This document shows, in pieces, positions 37,914-52,900 of a stretch of 64,000 bases of DNA (position 1 is the first letter of the stretch; every line of letters begins with the position of its first letter). The notes below the pieces were generated by a model that saw only the letters and a list, made by a program, of their open reading frames with translations, was not told the origin of the DNA and made no database searches. The stretch is from Lingula anatina. Taxonomy: Eukaryota; Animalia; Brachiopoda. The stretch covers positions 5,270,001 through 5,334,000 of the forward strand of contig CM120646.1 of assembly GCA_051362555.1 (NCBI GenBank), read 5' to 3'. Made by a program: the position numbers and the translations under genes.

Positions 37914-40900
37914 TGAAAATTTAATTTTTATCTATTGGCATTTTCAAGGTGTGACTTAAGAACCTCCACGAGCTTGAAGACCCATGCTAATCACATTTTC
38001 TGAAAATCCATGATACAGATCTTTAATATTAAAAACTGAGGGTCATTCTGCTGTTAAGCATTATGTAATATTGCATTAAAATAGAAGAAAACACAATTTT
38101 GGGTGCTGCTGCCATGATGACCATTATGGGAAAACCATGTTACTTATGATTGTCAAACTTTCAAAAAAGAAACTAAAGACTAAAATGCAGCCTGAGTTGG
38201 AAAAGCAGTCTAATTGGCTTCTTTTTCTGGAAGTTATACATTTTAGTAAAATATTCACTTTTATCATGTTGGCATATTTATTGTGGGACTCGAAGCTCCC
38301 ATGACCATAAAGCCAAATGGTAATCAAATTTTCTACATGCCCATGCTATTTATAGTCAATAATCAAAAATTGGTGATAATTATTCTGTAATTTATTATGT
38401 AATGTTACATCAAAATTGACAAAAATCTTTTTGCACTGCTACTACAAACATTATGAAAAGAGACTGTATTACTTATTATTATTTTCAACTTACAAGTATG
38501 ATTTGTAGGATTGGCATGCAGTTCAAATAAGAAAGCCAGCTCAAATGGGTTATCATTTATTATTGAATTTAAGCAGTTTTATGTGAAATTTTCATTTTTC
38601 TCATTCTGGCATTTTCAAAGTGTGAACTTAAACTTCCATGGGCCTGAAGCCTTACGCTTGTTACACATTTCACTTACATTGGTATTACCTGTTGAGCATA
38701 ATTAAAATTTGATGTTGAATTTGCAGTTAAGCATAATGTACTTTTGCATCAGAATTGACAGTAGCCTATTTTGTGCATTGTTATTGTCTGCTTTTTGTCT
38801 GTACATTTGACAGCTTTGCTGCCTTGTTTATTAATTGATTGTGAAGAACTGATTGCTAAAATGTGGTTGCCATATTATTTATTTATCGGTGAGTTCAATG
38901 GCAGCTTTCAATAACATACAGGGATGAATTACTGCATGAATAATTCAGGCAGTCTCAGTATACAAGAATGAATTATTTTTAGGGCATGATGTGTTGTAAT
39001 GGTGTATTTTATATAAAACTGTCTATGGCATTGGATGTATGTCATGAATACTTTATTGGTATAACATTACTGTAGTCACAGGATGAAAACAACACAGCCA
39101 GTGACAATGACTTCAGAATTGAAATGAGTAATGAATACTTTATATAGTAGGTCTTTTCACAAAGTATATTGGTCTTATTGCAGGATGAGAACAATCCATT
39201 CAGTGACACGTACATGCAGAGAGAACATCTGGTGAAGATGCAAGAGAGACACAAGCATCTTGAACAACAAAAACAGCGCATCCTGCAAGAAATGGAAAAA
39301 CATGGTGCGCTGACCCCTGAGGGTAAGTGATGAAAACAAGATAGAAACTCAAACTGTGGGAATTTTGAGAACATTTTAATTCCACCCTCAAATCAGTCTT
39401 ATGGTGATACAATCCAATTGTTTTTAATGGAAATTTGGATATTTTCCAACTCCAAATAGCCTCTTTACATTTAAGGTCACACCTTTGATATGATCAAATG
39501 CCCTCTTATTTATCAAACATATATTTATTTTGTGATTGAAAATTACAATGAAAGTCATTAGCAGTTTGTGTGATAATTTTGGCATTTTCTTTTGACAGAG
39601 AGACAAAAGTTCATCCAGCAAATGCAGATGTTCACCCAGCAAGTGGGTATGCCAGATCCAGGTCAAGGTCAGGGCCAAGGTCACGGGTTCCCTGGTCCAA
39701 GAATGCCCCAGGAGGGAATGCCGAGGTTTCCAGGGGATCCTTCCCAGGGAATGAGGCCCAGGTTTCCAGGGGACAGTGGGTTCCCAGGTGAGTGGCCAGG
39801 TTTGGGTATAATTAACATCATGGTCACGGTATCGGACAGTATTTCTGTGGATCACATATGCTGTTGCTTTAGAAGTATGCCCCCAGAGAGGATGTGTTGT
39901 TTCAGGATAATACAAATCCATATTGACCATGCATAAATTGTAAATCTGGCTGATCTTGATGAGTTAGGATGCATATATAAATCCAACCTTAACCTTTTGT
40001 ACTTTGCTTCAACTTTTTAATAATTGTTTTGTGGGTTTCAGCCTGATAAGTGATTATCTTTGGAGGTATGTATTGATTAGATGAAAACTATTGCTTTTCA
40101 GGTCCAAGGATGCCAGGTGACCCTGGTGGTCAGTTTCGGCCTCCGATGTCTGCTGACCAGCAGCAATTTAGGTCACCATTGGATAGTCCTCATGGACAAG
40201 TGAGGTCACCTTTCAGTGGTCAGTTAAGTCCTAGCACTAGTAAGTAGTCTGATGGGTTACTGGTGTCATTTGTGACTAAAAATGACTTGTCTTATGTTTT
40301 TGTATAGTTATCTGACTTTTTATTTACTATTTGTGTCTCAAATTTGGCAAACTTTGACAATTTGTATGTGAAGTATAAAGGTTGAAGTACATAAATGAAT
40401 GATTTATGCAGTTCTTCAACAATTTGCTTTGTTTCATGCAGCCATGATATTCTGTGTTGAATGTATAAATAATATATTTGTATTTTGATGGAGCCAGTGA
40501 AGTTGTATTATAATGATTGGAATAATGCATAGATATAGGAATACTTTTTATGATTTATTTCATTTATGTGAAAAAATCCTCTAAACACGTTTGATGCTGT
40601 ATCTGTTAAGGTATGCCACTGCCGCCACATTTCCCTCCAAGTGACAACTTCCCCCAGTTCCCAGGGACGGAGGAAAAAACTAAGAAAAAACGTAAAAGGA
40701 AGAAGAAAGACCCAGAAGAAAGTCAACCACCTCCGCCTCCTGTGCCAGACGTCACACAGCAGTCCATTGAGCAGATTCTTGGTGAGTCTGAGAAAGAGAA
40801 TTTGACAGAATGTATTCTGATTTTTTTTTGTCTTCTTTTCTGTTTTACATCAGTTGTCCTGGTTTCTATCAATTTGCTATCGTTGTCATGGTTTTTGTCA

Positions 40901-43900
40901 TAAAAGCAGACTATTTTTTTTTTGTCACTTGTAATTCCTGTGATGACCTAGGCATGAGCACAGAAAGAAGACCCTTGCTGTGCCTTTAGTAGAGTTATCG
41001 TCATAAAGAAACGAGTTATTGACTTTATCAAAACATTGTTTGGGTTTAGTTGAAAAGGTTTTTTGGAAATTACTAGACAGTGTTTTAAATAATGTGACCT
41101 GACCACATATATGTTAGGCCTGGGCTACCAGATCTTGCTAAGTAAATGTTTTTTTTTTCTGTAATATGTAAAAATGATTTTTCCCCTTTTTGTCATCTGT
41201 AACCTTGGTTCCTATTTGTTCCTAGCCTCCATACCAAAGCTTCCCACTCCTCCTCCTGCTGGAAGTATGGGCCCAGTTGGAGGTCCGCCGCAGCGCACGC
41301 AGATGTTAGCCATCCCGGGTCCCATCTGCACTCCGTCTGTGTTCTCCATGATGCAGAAGAAACCTCAGGCTACTGCAGCACCCTCTGGTGAGCAGGAAGG
41401 AGAGAAAACTGAAGGTAGGCTCAAACTGTGGGTAGAAAGAGAAGGTTAAGTTTACATTTTTCAGACATCAGTTACTTGTTTGTTTGAAGTTATGATGGTT
41501 TGAAAATAAACATTTATGAAAATAAAAGAAATTTTGAAGTAATTAAGGGAGAAATTGAGGAAATGAATCATAAACGTGAAAAATTATTCAAAGTGCTTCA
41601 AGTCTTATTCACATTTTCCCCCTTTCCATATCAGATGCAGATCCAGAGATGCGTCCAGAACTCTTAGAGCTACGGGAACCAGCGAGAGAGGAGGGATCTG
41701 CTTCCACCCCCGACACCATCTCAGGAAGCGGCCCGTCCACTCCAATGGGACGGACCTCACTGGACGATACTCTGGACGCTGTGGCCTCTGGTCACTTTGA
41801 CGAGAAGATGTACGAAAGAAAAGAAACATATCGGCCGCCCAGTGCGGCGTCGCAGGATAGCAGTGGATATGGTATGTACGGAGGGAAGAAAGGAGACAGG
41901 GGGGTAGCAGAAATGTGAGATTGGTGTGGGTCATTGTACTGAGAAGCTTGTCTAGGTTAGTAGGACAAGATTTGACAATCCAACTTGGCTTGTGTCAACA
42001 TGCGATTGGGATCCATAATATCAGGGCGTCAATTTCCTATTTTTTAGAGATCTTCTTTTTTTTTTCCTATTTTCTAGAGAAAATTCCTATTTTTTCCTAT
42101 TTTAAACTGACTGATGTTTTATAGGTTTGTTTACTTTTTGTCACTTGGCTAAAGCAAAGACCATACTAATAGTTATCTTCACTCCTTTAAACAAAATTTA
42201 ACTTGAAACAAAACTGTAATTTTTGAGATAGGATATTATTTTATCACTAAAACAAAAGACATGGATATTGGCTGTTTAGACAAATACCATAATGTTACAA
42301 ATGATCCCTTTTATGCAGTAAAATAGAGATTTGGCTATTATGACAGTGGAGTTACAATTGAGCACAAGCCACTTAGTTTAATTCTCACATGTATATTTAT
42401 TTAATTTTTTTCTTTCGTAAAATTCCATTATCTTGCTGGAGATGATCGTCTGATCTCATACGTCTGCTGCCTGGTGCAGCTGGAGTGCAGTGTAGTGCAG
42501 ATTGAAAACTAACATTATGGGCATCCAATACCTCTGTCGACTACAAGACTTTTTAACTAATGTTTTGTTGCATCTTTGATGCGACTGCATTTTTTTAAAA
42601 ACCTTCATCTTCATGTTGAAATATACACAAACATGAGAACTTAAGTTTGGGGAAAGAACCCATAATACTTACTTCTGTAGGCACAGTTAAATTTTGAAGC
42701 ATGTAAACCTCTGTTTACCAGGGTGTTGTATGCCCAACAGTGCTTTTTTGGTGCAGATTATAGGCTAGTGTTCACTGTAATTTACTAATTTTATTTTTGG
42801 TTGATTTATTCCTGACACGTACAGCACTTATTCCAATCTCTTTTGTTTCTATCTGAAAACTTAATTGAAAATGCTCTTCAAATTCCGATACCGTTAATCC
42901 AAGCCGTGATCAGTCAAGTCCTTTTATCTTTTAAAATGACTCATGTATTATCACTGTTTTGATTGGAAAGCATATTTGATTATTACCAAGGTGGAACAAG
43001 TGCTGATAAGTTATAATTATCAAATAATTTTCAATAGAAAAAAATCTAGATTCTTCAATTTTATGGGGTCATATACAGGAGAGTGTTAACAGCCACTCAC
43101 TGATAAAGGTAGGTTGAGATTTCAGGCCCAGAACTTTCAAGTTTCCTTTCATTGTCACACCAAGGTCAAGGTCAGGGTGGTCAAGGTCAAGGTGGTCAAG
43201 GTCAAGGTCACATGGTGTGGCCGTCCTCGTCCCTAGACAACACCTTGGACAGCACCCTAGATGCAGTGGCTGCTGGGCAGTTTGACCAGACCCAGTATGA
43301 GAGAAAGGAGGTGTTTATAGGAGAAAGTGTGAGCTTACAGGATGAGAGTGATGGTAAGGAATGTGCTCTGGAAGATGGTGACGGAGTTGACGGCCATGTA
43401 TATGTTTTAACATACACACATATATTGTTTGTGATACGGTGTTGTATTTTTGGACTGTATCTGTAAAAGTGTCCCATCTCTCTCGCATTTTGCTGTTGTA
43501 TTCAGCTGATATGGACAGATTGTTTATGTTATAACTTGTGGTTTTTGTTGTTGTTTTCAGGGTGATATATGAATATATTGTAACACCCTGTCCAAGTAGC
43601 CCTTGGGACCCTGTGTAACTTTCTTGGTGTAGAATGACCTCATTCCTCTGGTGTATCCAAATTCCTTACCCATAATCTGAGGATTAATTTATTTCTCATT
43701 ATTATCCTCGCTCCCTCCCCCCCCCTTTTTCCTCGATAGTTGCCTCTTAAAAATTGTAGCTATATGTAAGAATGCATGATTTTTGGAAATATGATGTCCA
43801 AGAATATTCGTCGTAGGAGCTTATATAGTGCATGGCTTACTGCATACAAGGGATATGTGTATATATTATCTTGGATGTTCTACTTCATCTGTCTTGGTGG

Positions 43901-46900
43901 TATTGTTCCCTTTATATTATTCTTCCTAATACGGATACTGAGTGGCAGTAAGTGAGTTTGGAAGAATGTTATTATATTCAGTGAGTGAACTTGTATGTGC
44001 ACTGATCAAGTCCAAGGTGGAAGAGGACTTTTTTTTATTTGAAAGAATAAATAAAGATACACTGGGGTGGTAAGAGTGGCACAGCACTTTTCAGAGGGCA
44101 TAAAAGGCAATTTAAGCATGGGGAGTTCCTACGCAGTCTCCCCCTAGTGTGTGTTTTCTTGGTATGGTACCATTAAACAGTGCATGGTGTATGGTCCAAA
44201 TGTGATGTGCTCGGGTGTATGTACCTTAGGTGTGGTCTTATTAAAATTGAGGATATTTCAACAGGTAGGTATGGAATGCAGTTTACAAATGGAAAGATAT
44301 TCAGATTCATGTTGTTAAAAGTATACAGAATATCTTTACATTGTAGAGAAAATTGAAGGGGTCCATATTGAAAGATGATTATGTTGAACCCAGTGTGTGT
44401 GTGCATGTGTGCGTGCATATGTTTGTGCCTGTGCTTGCGTGTGTGTGAGAGAGAAAAAGAAGTTATTTGTGAATACCTCATGCTTTTAACAGTGGAAGAC
44501 TTTCATAACACATGTTCATGCATGGGTGATGGAAAAATTAGTTTGGAACAGAAAAATGGTAGGTCTGATAGCTTAACTACGAAAACCTTATTTTTTCTGC
44601 TTGTGGCACTTTTAGATGTGTATTAATATATATATGTTCTTCTGTACCATAGAATGCTCTTCAACATTGTTACTTATCATATAGTGCTTGAATTGATTTT
44701 CATTTAACAGAAGAAAGAATTTGTATCTAACATATTTCTTTGATGGGCAGTGGTGATTGCTTGCCCTGTTGTTGCTTGTAATCGGAATTATAGGCCCTTT
44801 GCAGATAGATGACGCCATGTTGACTTGTCTTGTTTACTGAAGAGCTTGTTCTCCAACATGGCAGTGTCTAGAGGTATCTAGTCACATGGCATCAACCTGC
44901 AAAAGGTCTATTACTGATTGATATTGAATACCAAGATATTTTCATGAGTTTTTCATTTACTTAAATTTTCCTTGATCGTGTGTCAAATTACTTTTGTCCA
45001 ACATGAAAATGTCCAATTCATTTATGCTAATTTCTTAGTGGGTTTTGGTTCTAACATTTCTTAATAGTTCAAACATGTATAATTATTAACAGTGTTTGTG
45101 GAGCACCATGCTAACTATTATTTGGTTTGTCAGATTAGTATAATTTTATATACTTGTTGTTAAATTCTTACCAATAAAAACTTCACACTGATCTTAAATA
45201 TTTTATACTGTGCTTTCTTTATGTGTCGTGTGTACTGTGCCAAGACTATTGAGATAAGATTTTATCTCTGGTGTTTTCTGTTGTAGATCCAGACAGTTCT
45301 GCCACCCAGAACCTGTTACTGAAACAGCTGTTAGCCACCACCCCCAGGGCAAACCTACCCCCTGGGGCTCTGGCTCGAAGGATGAGCGAGGCAAGTAGAC
45401 GAAACTGCATTATTGTGGACATGTTGTGAAGCGGCATGTTTTTAAACAGGACATATTAAATGTCTTTTAACGTTTGATTTTTCAGAAAGTTTTTGTTGGC
45501 AAAAAATTTTGTTAGATTAGAAATCTGTTGAATCATTCTACAATGTGGTATTTTTGCTTGAAGGACATGATGTGAAAACAAATTATAATACTGGGGTAGT
45601 GCTAACACTCGCCAATTTAGCCAAATGCTAAAACTGACTTAAATTGGCTAAAGAAAAAGGGCTTGAGTTGACATGTTTTTTGCAAATTATAACTATTTTG
45701 GTAACAAATTGGCAAAAAATGTGGTGATTTGGCTAAGCGAAAAAAATTACTAGTGCTACCCCAGTAATAACTAAGACCATTGCAATGTTTTCAGTTATTT
45801 ATAATGAACATAGTTAAACTTGTAGCAGCGATTGATTGTTCACCATAATCAAGCAGAGATTTCAACATGGCTCCAAAATGAATAATGGTATAATAAATGT
45901 TATCAACATGGCGATGAAGATCTCTCTGCAATGCCACCAATTATCTGTTTGTAGATCAGTGGTTTATTTATGCAGGATGACATGGACATGGTCAACCTGA
46001 CCCCAGAACAGCGGCGCCAGCTGGAGGAGATCGACAACATGCCGCTGATGCTGGAGAGGGAAATATCACAGGAGGAGTGGGATTGTCTGCCAGAGGAGGA
46101 GAAATTTAGAATCAAAGGTAGAATATTGGAGAAAATGAAAGAATAAAGTATTTTTTTTTCTTCAATCAACAGCTTAATATTGAAATAGTTTACCTCCAGT
46201 GTTTCAAATATGATTGAAGAAAAAAATGATTATTCTTATAATGTAACACAGTTGAGCAGATTCTTTTCTGGACAAAACGTGTTGTGACAAGAGGAGAGAA
46301 CTGAAGGAGTTCCTTTATAAGTGATGAATTTTTCATTGGGATGATCCTTCCTAAAGATTATGATTGAATGTGGTTCCGTTGAAAAAGCTATTTTAAATTT
46401 GTCTACTCAAGATTTTGGCTTTGGGACTAGTGTTACAAGCATTGTAATAAGACTGTCATGGGAGTGAAGATTCATTGTGTTGCGTACTACATAAATTTCT
46501 CCTAATTTTCTTTTTACAGAGTTGCAAAGGCAAATGCAAAAGTCCAAAGAACTGCTCTCACCAACATCCAAGCTAAAGAAAATGAAGGGCAAGAAGTCAC
46601 CAAAAGAGGGCAGCAGCAGTAGTGGCAAGGACGGGCCACCCAAAAAGAGGTCAAGAAAGCCCAAACCTACAGAGGACTATGAGCAGTATATTCAGGGTAT
46701 TATTCAACACTTGCGCACCATGCCAGCAGTACATCTACAGGAGCCAGAAGTAGCAGTCAATCATAGCTTGTGTCCAGCTTATGGCAGTGGAGAGGTCATG
46801 ACAGGTAGAAATACTTTTATCACATAATATAATAAGAAAAGACCCCGTGCAAGCAATTTCAAAGGAAGGGGGGGGGGATCTTTTTCTGGAAAAGTGTACC

Positions 46901-49900
46901 TTTTCCCATGAAACCTTTTTGTGCCTTTACCAAATTTAGCTCAAAGCAAACCTTTTCCTGGTAAAAAGAGCAGTTCATTCAAACTCCCTGAACCCCCCTG
47001 GCTATGGGCCTGATTCACGTGGGATGGTTGTGACAAAAATAAAAATTCACTGATGAAAAATATTTAAGCTTTTTGGATATTCTTCAGTCACGCAAACTTT
47101 TGTTAACATATGGTGGGTATTGTACAGTATACTAGATGATTATGGGTTTGTATCTTAAATATATCAAGAAAAAATTTATCATGTTACGATCGAATATTGT
47201 TTATCACTTGGATGTTAATATATATTTTCATATTTTGTAGGAGAGAATCAGCTTCGTGGTACCTTTGGTTCCTCCCAGGCTGGAGACTTCCCTGACTACT
47301 ACGGTCATTATCCCTTCACAAACGTCCACCCCTTGCCTTTGGCTCCATCTGGTGGGCACATTTCACGCTTCATGACAGAAATCGCACAAAGGCGACAGAT
47401 GATGGGAGAGATTGCTAAGCAGAATCAAAGAGGTATATTAATGCTGACATCTGTTGTGGAAATAATAATTTTGCCGATTTCTTGTTTTTCATTTCAAATT
47501 GTTCTTAAAATTTACTATTTAAGATATGAGGTGCTTGGATATCTGTAATAGGTCTGGGTCTGAAATTTGTGCTCAATCTTACAAAATATTCACTTTCATG
47601 ATAAGTGATAAGCACTATGGCGGCATTGTATGGGTTTGGTTTTAATGTGTGGTATTTGCCATTGTAATTGCAGTCATTTCTTTAAAAACTTTAGATGACA
47701 TTCCCATTACATTGATTTCAGCTGGAGACCAGCAGCAACAGCAGCGTTATCGCCTCCTTCCAGGCACCAGTGGTGCAGCAGGAGAGGGCGGTGCAGCAGT
47801 AGCTGAAGAGGGCGCCACTAAGGAGCCAGAGGCCATAGCGAGGCTCATCAGTCGGGCTGGTAGCATCACAACCTTTGCGCCTTCACCTGTTCCATCTCCT
47901 CCTATCATTGGCCCTAGACTGGATATACCTTCACGGTAAGGGCTATGAGAACTTATGATAGAGAATAATCAAATACTGAGCTGGTGTATATTGAGATTCT
48001 ATTTCGTATAAAAATATCGGTCAGTCTTAAATGAGATATGCTTGCGCATGCATACTCAATTATCTTTGAATTGGACATGGAAGACTCCTTCCTAACTATT
48101 TGCACCAGTTTCATGCACACCTTCATTCCAGGCTGAGCAACACCCCCAGTTCCATAGTGTCATCCTCATCTCCAGAGAACCTGGAAGAGGACGTGAAGTA
48201 CCCTGCCCTCAGGGTGATAGACCCCGTAGATAATACTCAGGAAGATAACAGAACCTCTCCTGCCATACCTCTTATCAAACCCACTCCTGTCAGAGGTAGG
48301 GCACAGTACTGTGTTAATGGAGGAGACATTTCTATGGTGGATTCTTCATTTATTATTCTTCATTATTTAATAGTAAAATTTTTCGAACATGTTGAAACCT
48401 GTGTATTATGACTACCTGCAGATCAGCCATGAATATTTTATTGATATTTATAATTTCAACATACAATATTGTTGTTGTTATTTGAAGGCTGCCATTAATG
48501 ATATATATTATGTATCAACAAGTGAGAGATAATGGAGAGATTATAATTTTGTTTACTAGCCACTCAAATGAAGGTAGAGAAAGAAGAAATGGAGGCGGAG
48601 GTTAAGATGGAGAAGATGGAGTCTGGTCCAGCGTCCCAGGCACTGGCACAGATTATAAAGGTAGAATATAATTATTATTTTAATGGAGATATTATGTTTT
48701 GTTGTTTTCTTGATTTCCATCAGTTTTCTTTAACTAAAATGCTGCAAAAGAGTTAAATTCTGCACATGTGAATTTACATTTGAAAAGTTAAATGTTAATC
48801 AATAGCTTACATACACTTAGTTTACTTGGTTTAAAACACCATGATTTTCTCCTTGAAGGATAAAGAAAATATGGAGATGATGGCAGACAAGCAAAGTATG
48901 GCCAATGAAAAATCTGAATCATTATCATCCGTCCTTGGGAAATCTTTTGCTGATTCAGTGGAGAAACAGGTGAGAATGTAGATAGCATGGAAGAAAACAG
49001 TGTGTGTGTGTGTGTGTGTGTAAGCATGTTCATGCACAGGCATACACGCTTGGGCACTTATTATTTGTTCATGTGGCAATGGAAAAGGCTGTGCTAACTC
49101 AACTCAAATGTCTCATCTTTTTGAACAGTAAAAGATCTGTTACAACTTTAAAAGATGGGCATTTTTTTCATCTGATCATCTTAAGATGAAATACTAGAAA
49201 AATTACTTAGCCCAACTCAACAAATGCTAGCAATCATTCCAACAATCATTTTACATCTGATTTGTTCCCCAAGGTTTCTGTGACCTTGACCCTGTCTGCA
49301 GCTGCGGCAGAAGACATGAGTGGTGTCATTGCGCGGTTGGCCAATCTGCTAAAGATTGCTGTTCCACCATCCTATGAAATCAGTCGGAGCCCATCGCCCG
49401 ATCTTTTCAGAACTGGAAGAAAACGTAAGAAAGCCTTGCAAATTGTAAAGCAACACAATTCTGAGCTAAAAGTGAAATAGTATAGGAATGTTTAAATTGG
49501 AAGGGAGAATTAGTTACGTTCAGAGTTTAGTAAAAAGTAGTAAAAAAGTCTGCTTGAATTTTTAAAAAAAGTTTGTCATGTTTCTTATATTTTCATATTG
49601 TTATAAGAGTGCTTTAATGACTTAGACAGTTACAAATTATTTTCAGTATACAATTTTGATTGTTGTAAACCCAATGGAAATATGGTAATGTTTACTATTA
49701 TTCTATGCAATTCTGTGCAATTTGTGAGAATTTTTATCCAGTTGTATGGTTATGTTTCAGATCGCGAGGAAGCCATTAACATTCAGACCCTGATCAAAGC
49801 CAAGCAGAAGTACTGCCGCCATTGTGATGTCCTCGTGCCTCGCTCTGGCATCCAGAAGAAGGTGTCAGAGATGCCGTTCCTGAGTAAAGAGGAGCAGGAG

Positions 49901-52900
49901 TCCCTGGACGAGGATGATGTGATGTTCTGTAGCATGAACTGTTATATGCAGTTTGCCCTCAGTCATAGGACCTCTGCCGGGACAGCAGAGTCTAAGGTAT
50001 GTAGTAGTCCAGATGAAATATGGAGAAATGCTGTCATTCTTTGAGTTTTTAATTTTAGATAATATAATAATGTTAACATAATTTTTTTTTTCAGGTTTTA
50101 ATACAATATTTAAGAGAAGTTGAAGCTTTTTTGGTGTCTCTTCATTACTTTTCAGATAGAATGATAAGTTATTTTAGTTTAAGTTATTTAACCAAATACC
50201 TAGTTTGCTGTGAACTTTTTGAAAATAATTAAATTATAAAGGATATCTTGCATTTGACAAATAACATTTCATCTTCACGTAATGATAGATAATTTACTGA
50301 CAGCTGAAATAGTTCACATTAAAACAACATGCAACATGTAGTCTAGATGGGTACTGATATGAAGCGTTTGGTTTTAGGAGGCAAGTGACGTAGTCGAGTA
50401 CAAAAGCTCCTCTGCAGTTCAAGATGACGCCAAGCTTCCACCTCCCAGCATCCCAGCCTCTCTCTCAGTGTCACTAACAGAATCGGGAACTGGGGTGGTC
50501 ATCAAGAAGGATGTGAAAGCTTTAAAACACCGGCGGTCAAGCAGTAGTCTGGACGGTGTGCCTGCTACACCAAAGGTTGGTTTTTGTTCTAATAAAATGT
50601 GCTTTTGTTAAGTTTTGATAATATAAAACAGACCTAGTGATATATTTGTTTTCTTCAGATTTTGTTTATTGTGCCTTATCGCTATTTACTTGCTTGCTTT
50701 AACATGCGAAAGAAAGTGTATGGGAAAGTACAGAACAGTTGCATTAATGTGTTAAATTTGAATCCTGTAATTCAACATTTTTACGAGATTTTTTTATAAT
50801 GACGAATTGAATGTGTACAGACACCATAGCTGAAGAAAAACAAATAAGGTCATGCCTTAATTTTCTAATGCACCGTGACATTATGAAATATTTCCTGTAT
50901 TTCCAGCCTTTGGAGAAGAAATGGCGTGGCAAGTGCTACAAACATTGGGAACCTAAGATGGTGCCCAAGGCACAAGCCTACACACCTCCATCTGATGAAG
51001 AGCTCACCAAGCTGATCAGGAAAATTGCACTGGCTTTGGTCCCCAACCCAGTTCCCGAGGACACCAGGAAGTGTGCTTTTTGCCATGAAAAGGGGGAGGG
51101 AGAGACGGACGGCCCAGGAAGGTGAGAGAACAAATGAGTTTTGTTTTTGTTTTATCATAGCTTTGACTTGAGAGGTTACCAAAACATTGAGAGTCATCAG
51201 TGACATGAGTTGGACTAAATGCATTGATTAACAGATAGGCCATAATAAGTGAATAAATGTTGAATAGTTGAATGTTTGAAATGAAAGATGGTAATTTTTC
51301 TATTTATTGTAGCTTCCTTAGCATGTCACTAAAATGAATGAATAGATATATATATATATCAGGGACAAGATACCTGTCCAAGTGAATCAAAACTAAATGC
51401 ATATTTGTATTATCCGTTACTGTAGACTTCTTAACCTGGACACAGACAAGTGGTCGCACCTGAACTGTGCACTCTGGTCGCACGAGGTCTACGAAACGTG
51501 CGCGGGTGCTCTAATCAACGTGGATGCCTCACTGAAGCGCGGAATGACATTGGAGTGCGTGCTGTGTAAGAGGAGCGGGGCGACACTGGGATGTTTCAAG
51601 GTGCGATGTACCAACATCTACCATGTTGGGTGTGCTCAGAAAGATGGTTGTGTCTTCTTCCAAGATAAGGTGAGCTGGACTTTTCGTTTACATCTGGGGT
51701 TTTTATGTTTTACTGTCATTTTATGTGAGGGAGGGGGACCTCACATGGGGACAGGCCCAGCACATAGCCAGAGATAGGGCCAAATGGAAAGAAGTGACTG
51801 TGGCCTTATGTCCCACGCGGGACGAAGAGCAATGATGATTATGTGATTAACAGGAGCTTCACTTATCAGAAAGTGTATCAAAAAAAGTTCATTATTAATT
51901 GAAAATTATTTATAATTATTTATTTTGTTCTGTATTGTTTAAGTAACAGTGAAGTTAGCTTGCTAGTGTCAAGTTTTTCTAAAAGTAGCTGCTTAGTGAA
52001 GTGTTCTCCCAGTGCCATTAAATTAAACTTCATATCAGTACATGTCTGTGTTTCTAGAATGTACAACACTAATGGACTTCACATACAAGTTATTTTGGAT
52101 TTCAGACAATCTTATGTCCAGTTCACAAGCCTAAGGGGGTGATAGAGGGGGAACTGAAGGATCTCACAGTTTTCAGGAGAGTGTATATACAAAGGGAAGA
52201 GAGCAAACAAGTGGCTAGGTAGGTACCCCCCCCCCCCCCCCCCCATCATGTCACTGTTGTAGTAAAGACTAAAAAACATGTCAGAATTTTATGTTACTAA
52301 AAAAACTCTAATTGAACAGGTATTGCCTGAATGTCTTAACATCTCCAACATTTCAAATATGGCGGTACAATGTATATACTGCTGAAATATTAAACTTGGC
52401 AAGACAGTAATAATGCTGCTTATACTATTGTAATACAAAGATGAATACATAATGTACAAAAAATTTTGAAACTATGACCTCAGCTTATATCTCATGTTTT
52501 TCTGATTATATATGGTGCTTCTAGTAACTCCTATTGTGCCTTAACAAACTCGTTGCTTACTGTGCTTTAGAAACTATAAAGACATAATATGGGAAAAACT
52601 GATTGGGAATTCTTTGTCAGTTATGTGTAATGTCACTATATGATTGTTATAGAGACATAACAATCATCAATGCAGTGTTGTTCATGTAACTCAATTATTT
52701 TGGGACTGAAAACTTTGTTCAGTTTATCAAAATTTTTAAGTTGACAGTGTCCATAAACTTGAGCTAAACCAGAGCTGTAATTTGTTCTTTCTTGTGATAT
52801 AAATCAAATTTCAAGGTAACAAGTTACTTGGAGCCCCGTGTATACCCTGATAACATGTAAATTGGGCATAATTACATTTTTAATTTTATTTAATGTATCA

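Noticed and set aside
43079-43108. Possible 30-nt microexon (cag|...AAG|gtaggt)
   Set aside because: Contains TAA in the required phase-1 frame and has a poor polypyrimidine tract.
46840-47012. MITE-like end (ccctggctatgggcctg); similar single ends near 33180 and 42022
   Set aside because: No matching opposite TIR or TSD found. Probably transposon remnants but not supportable as elements.
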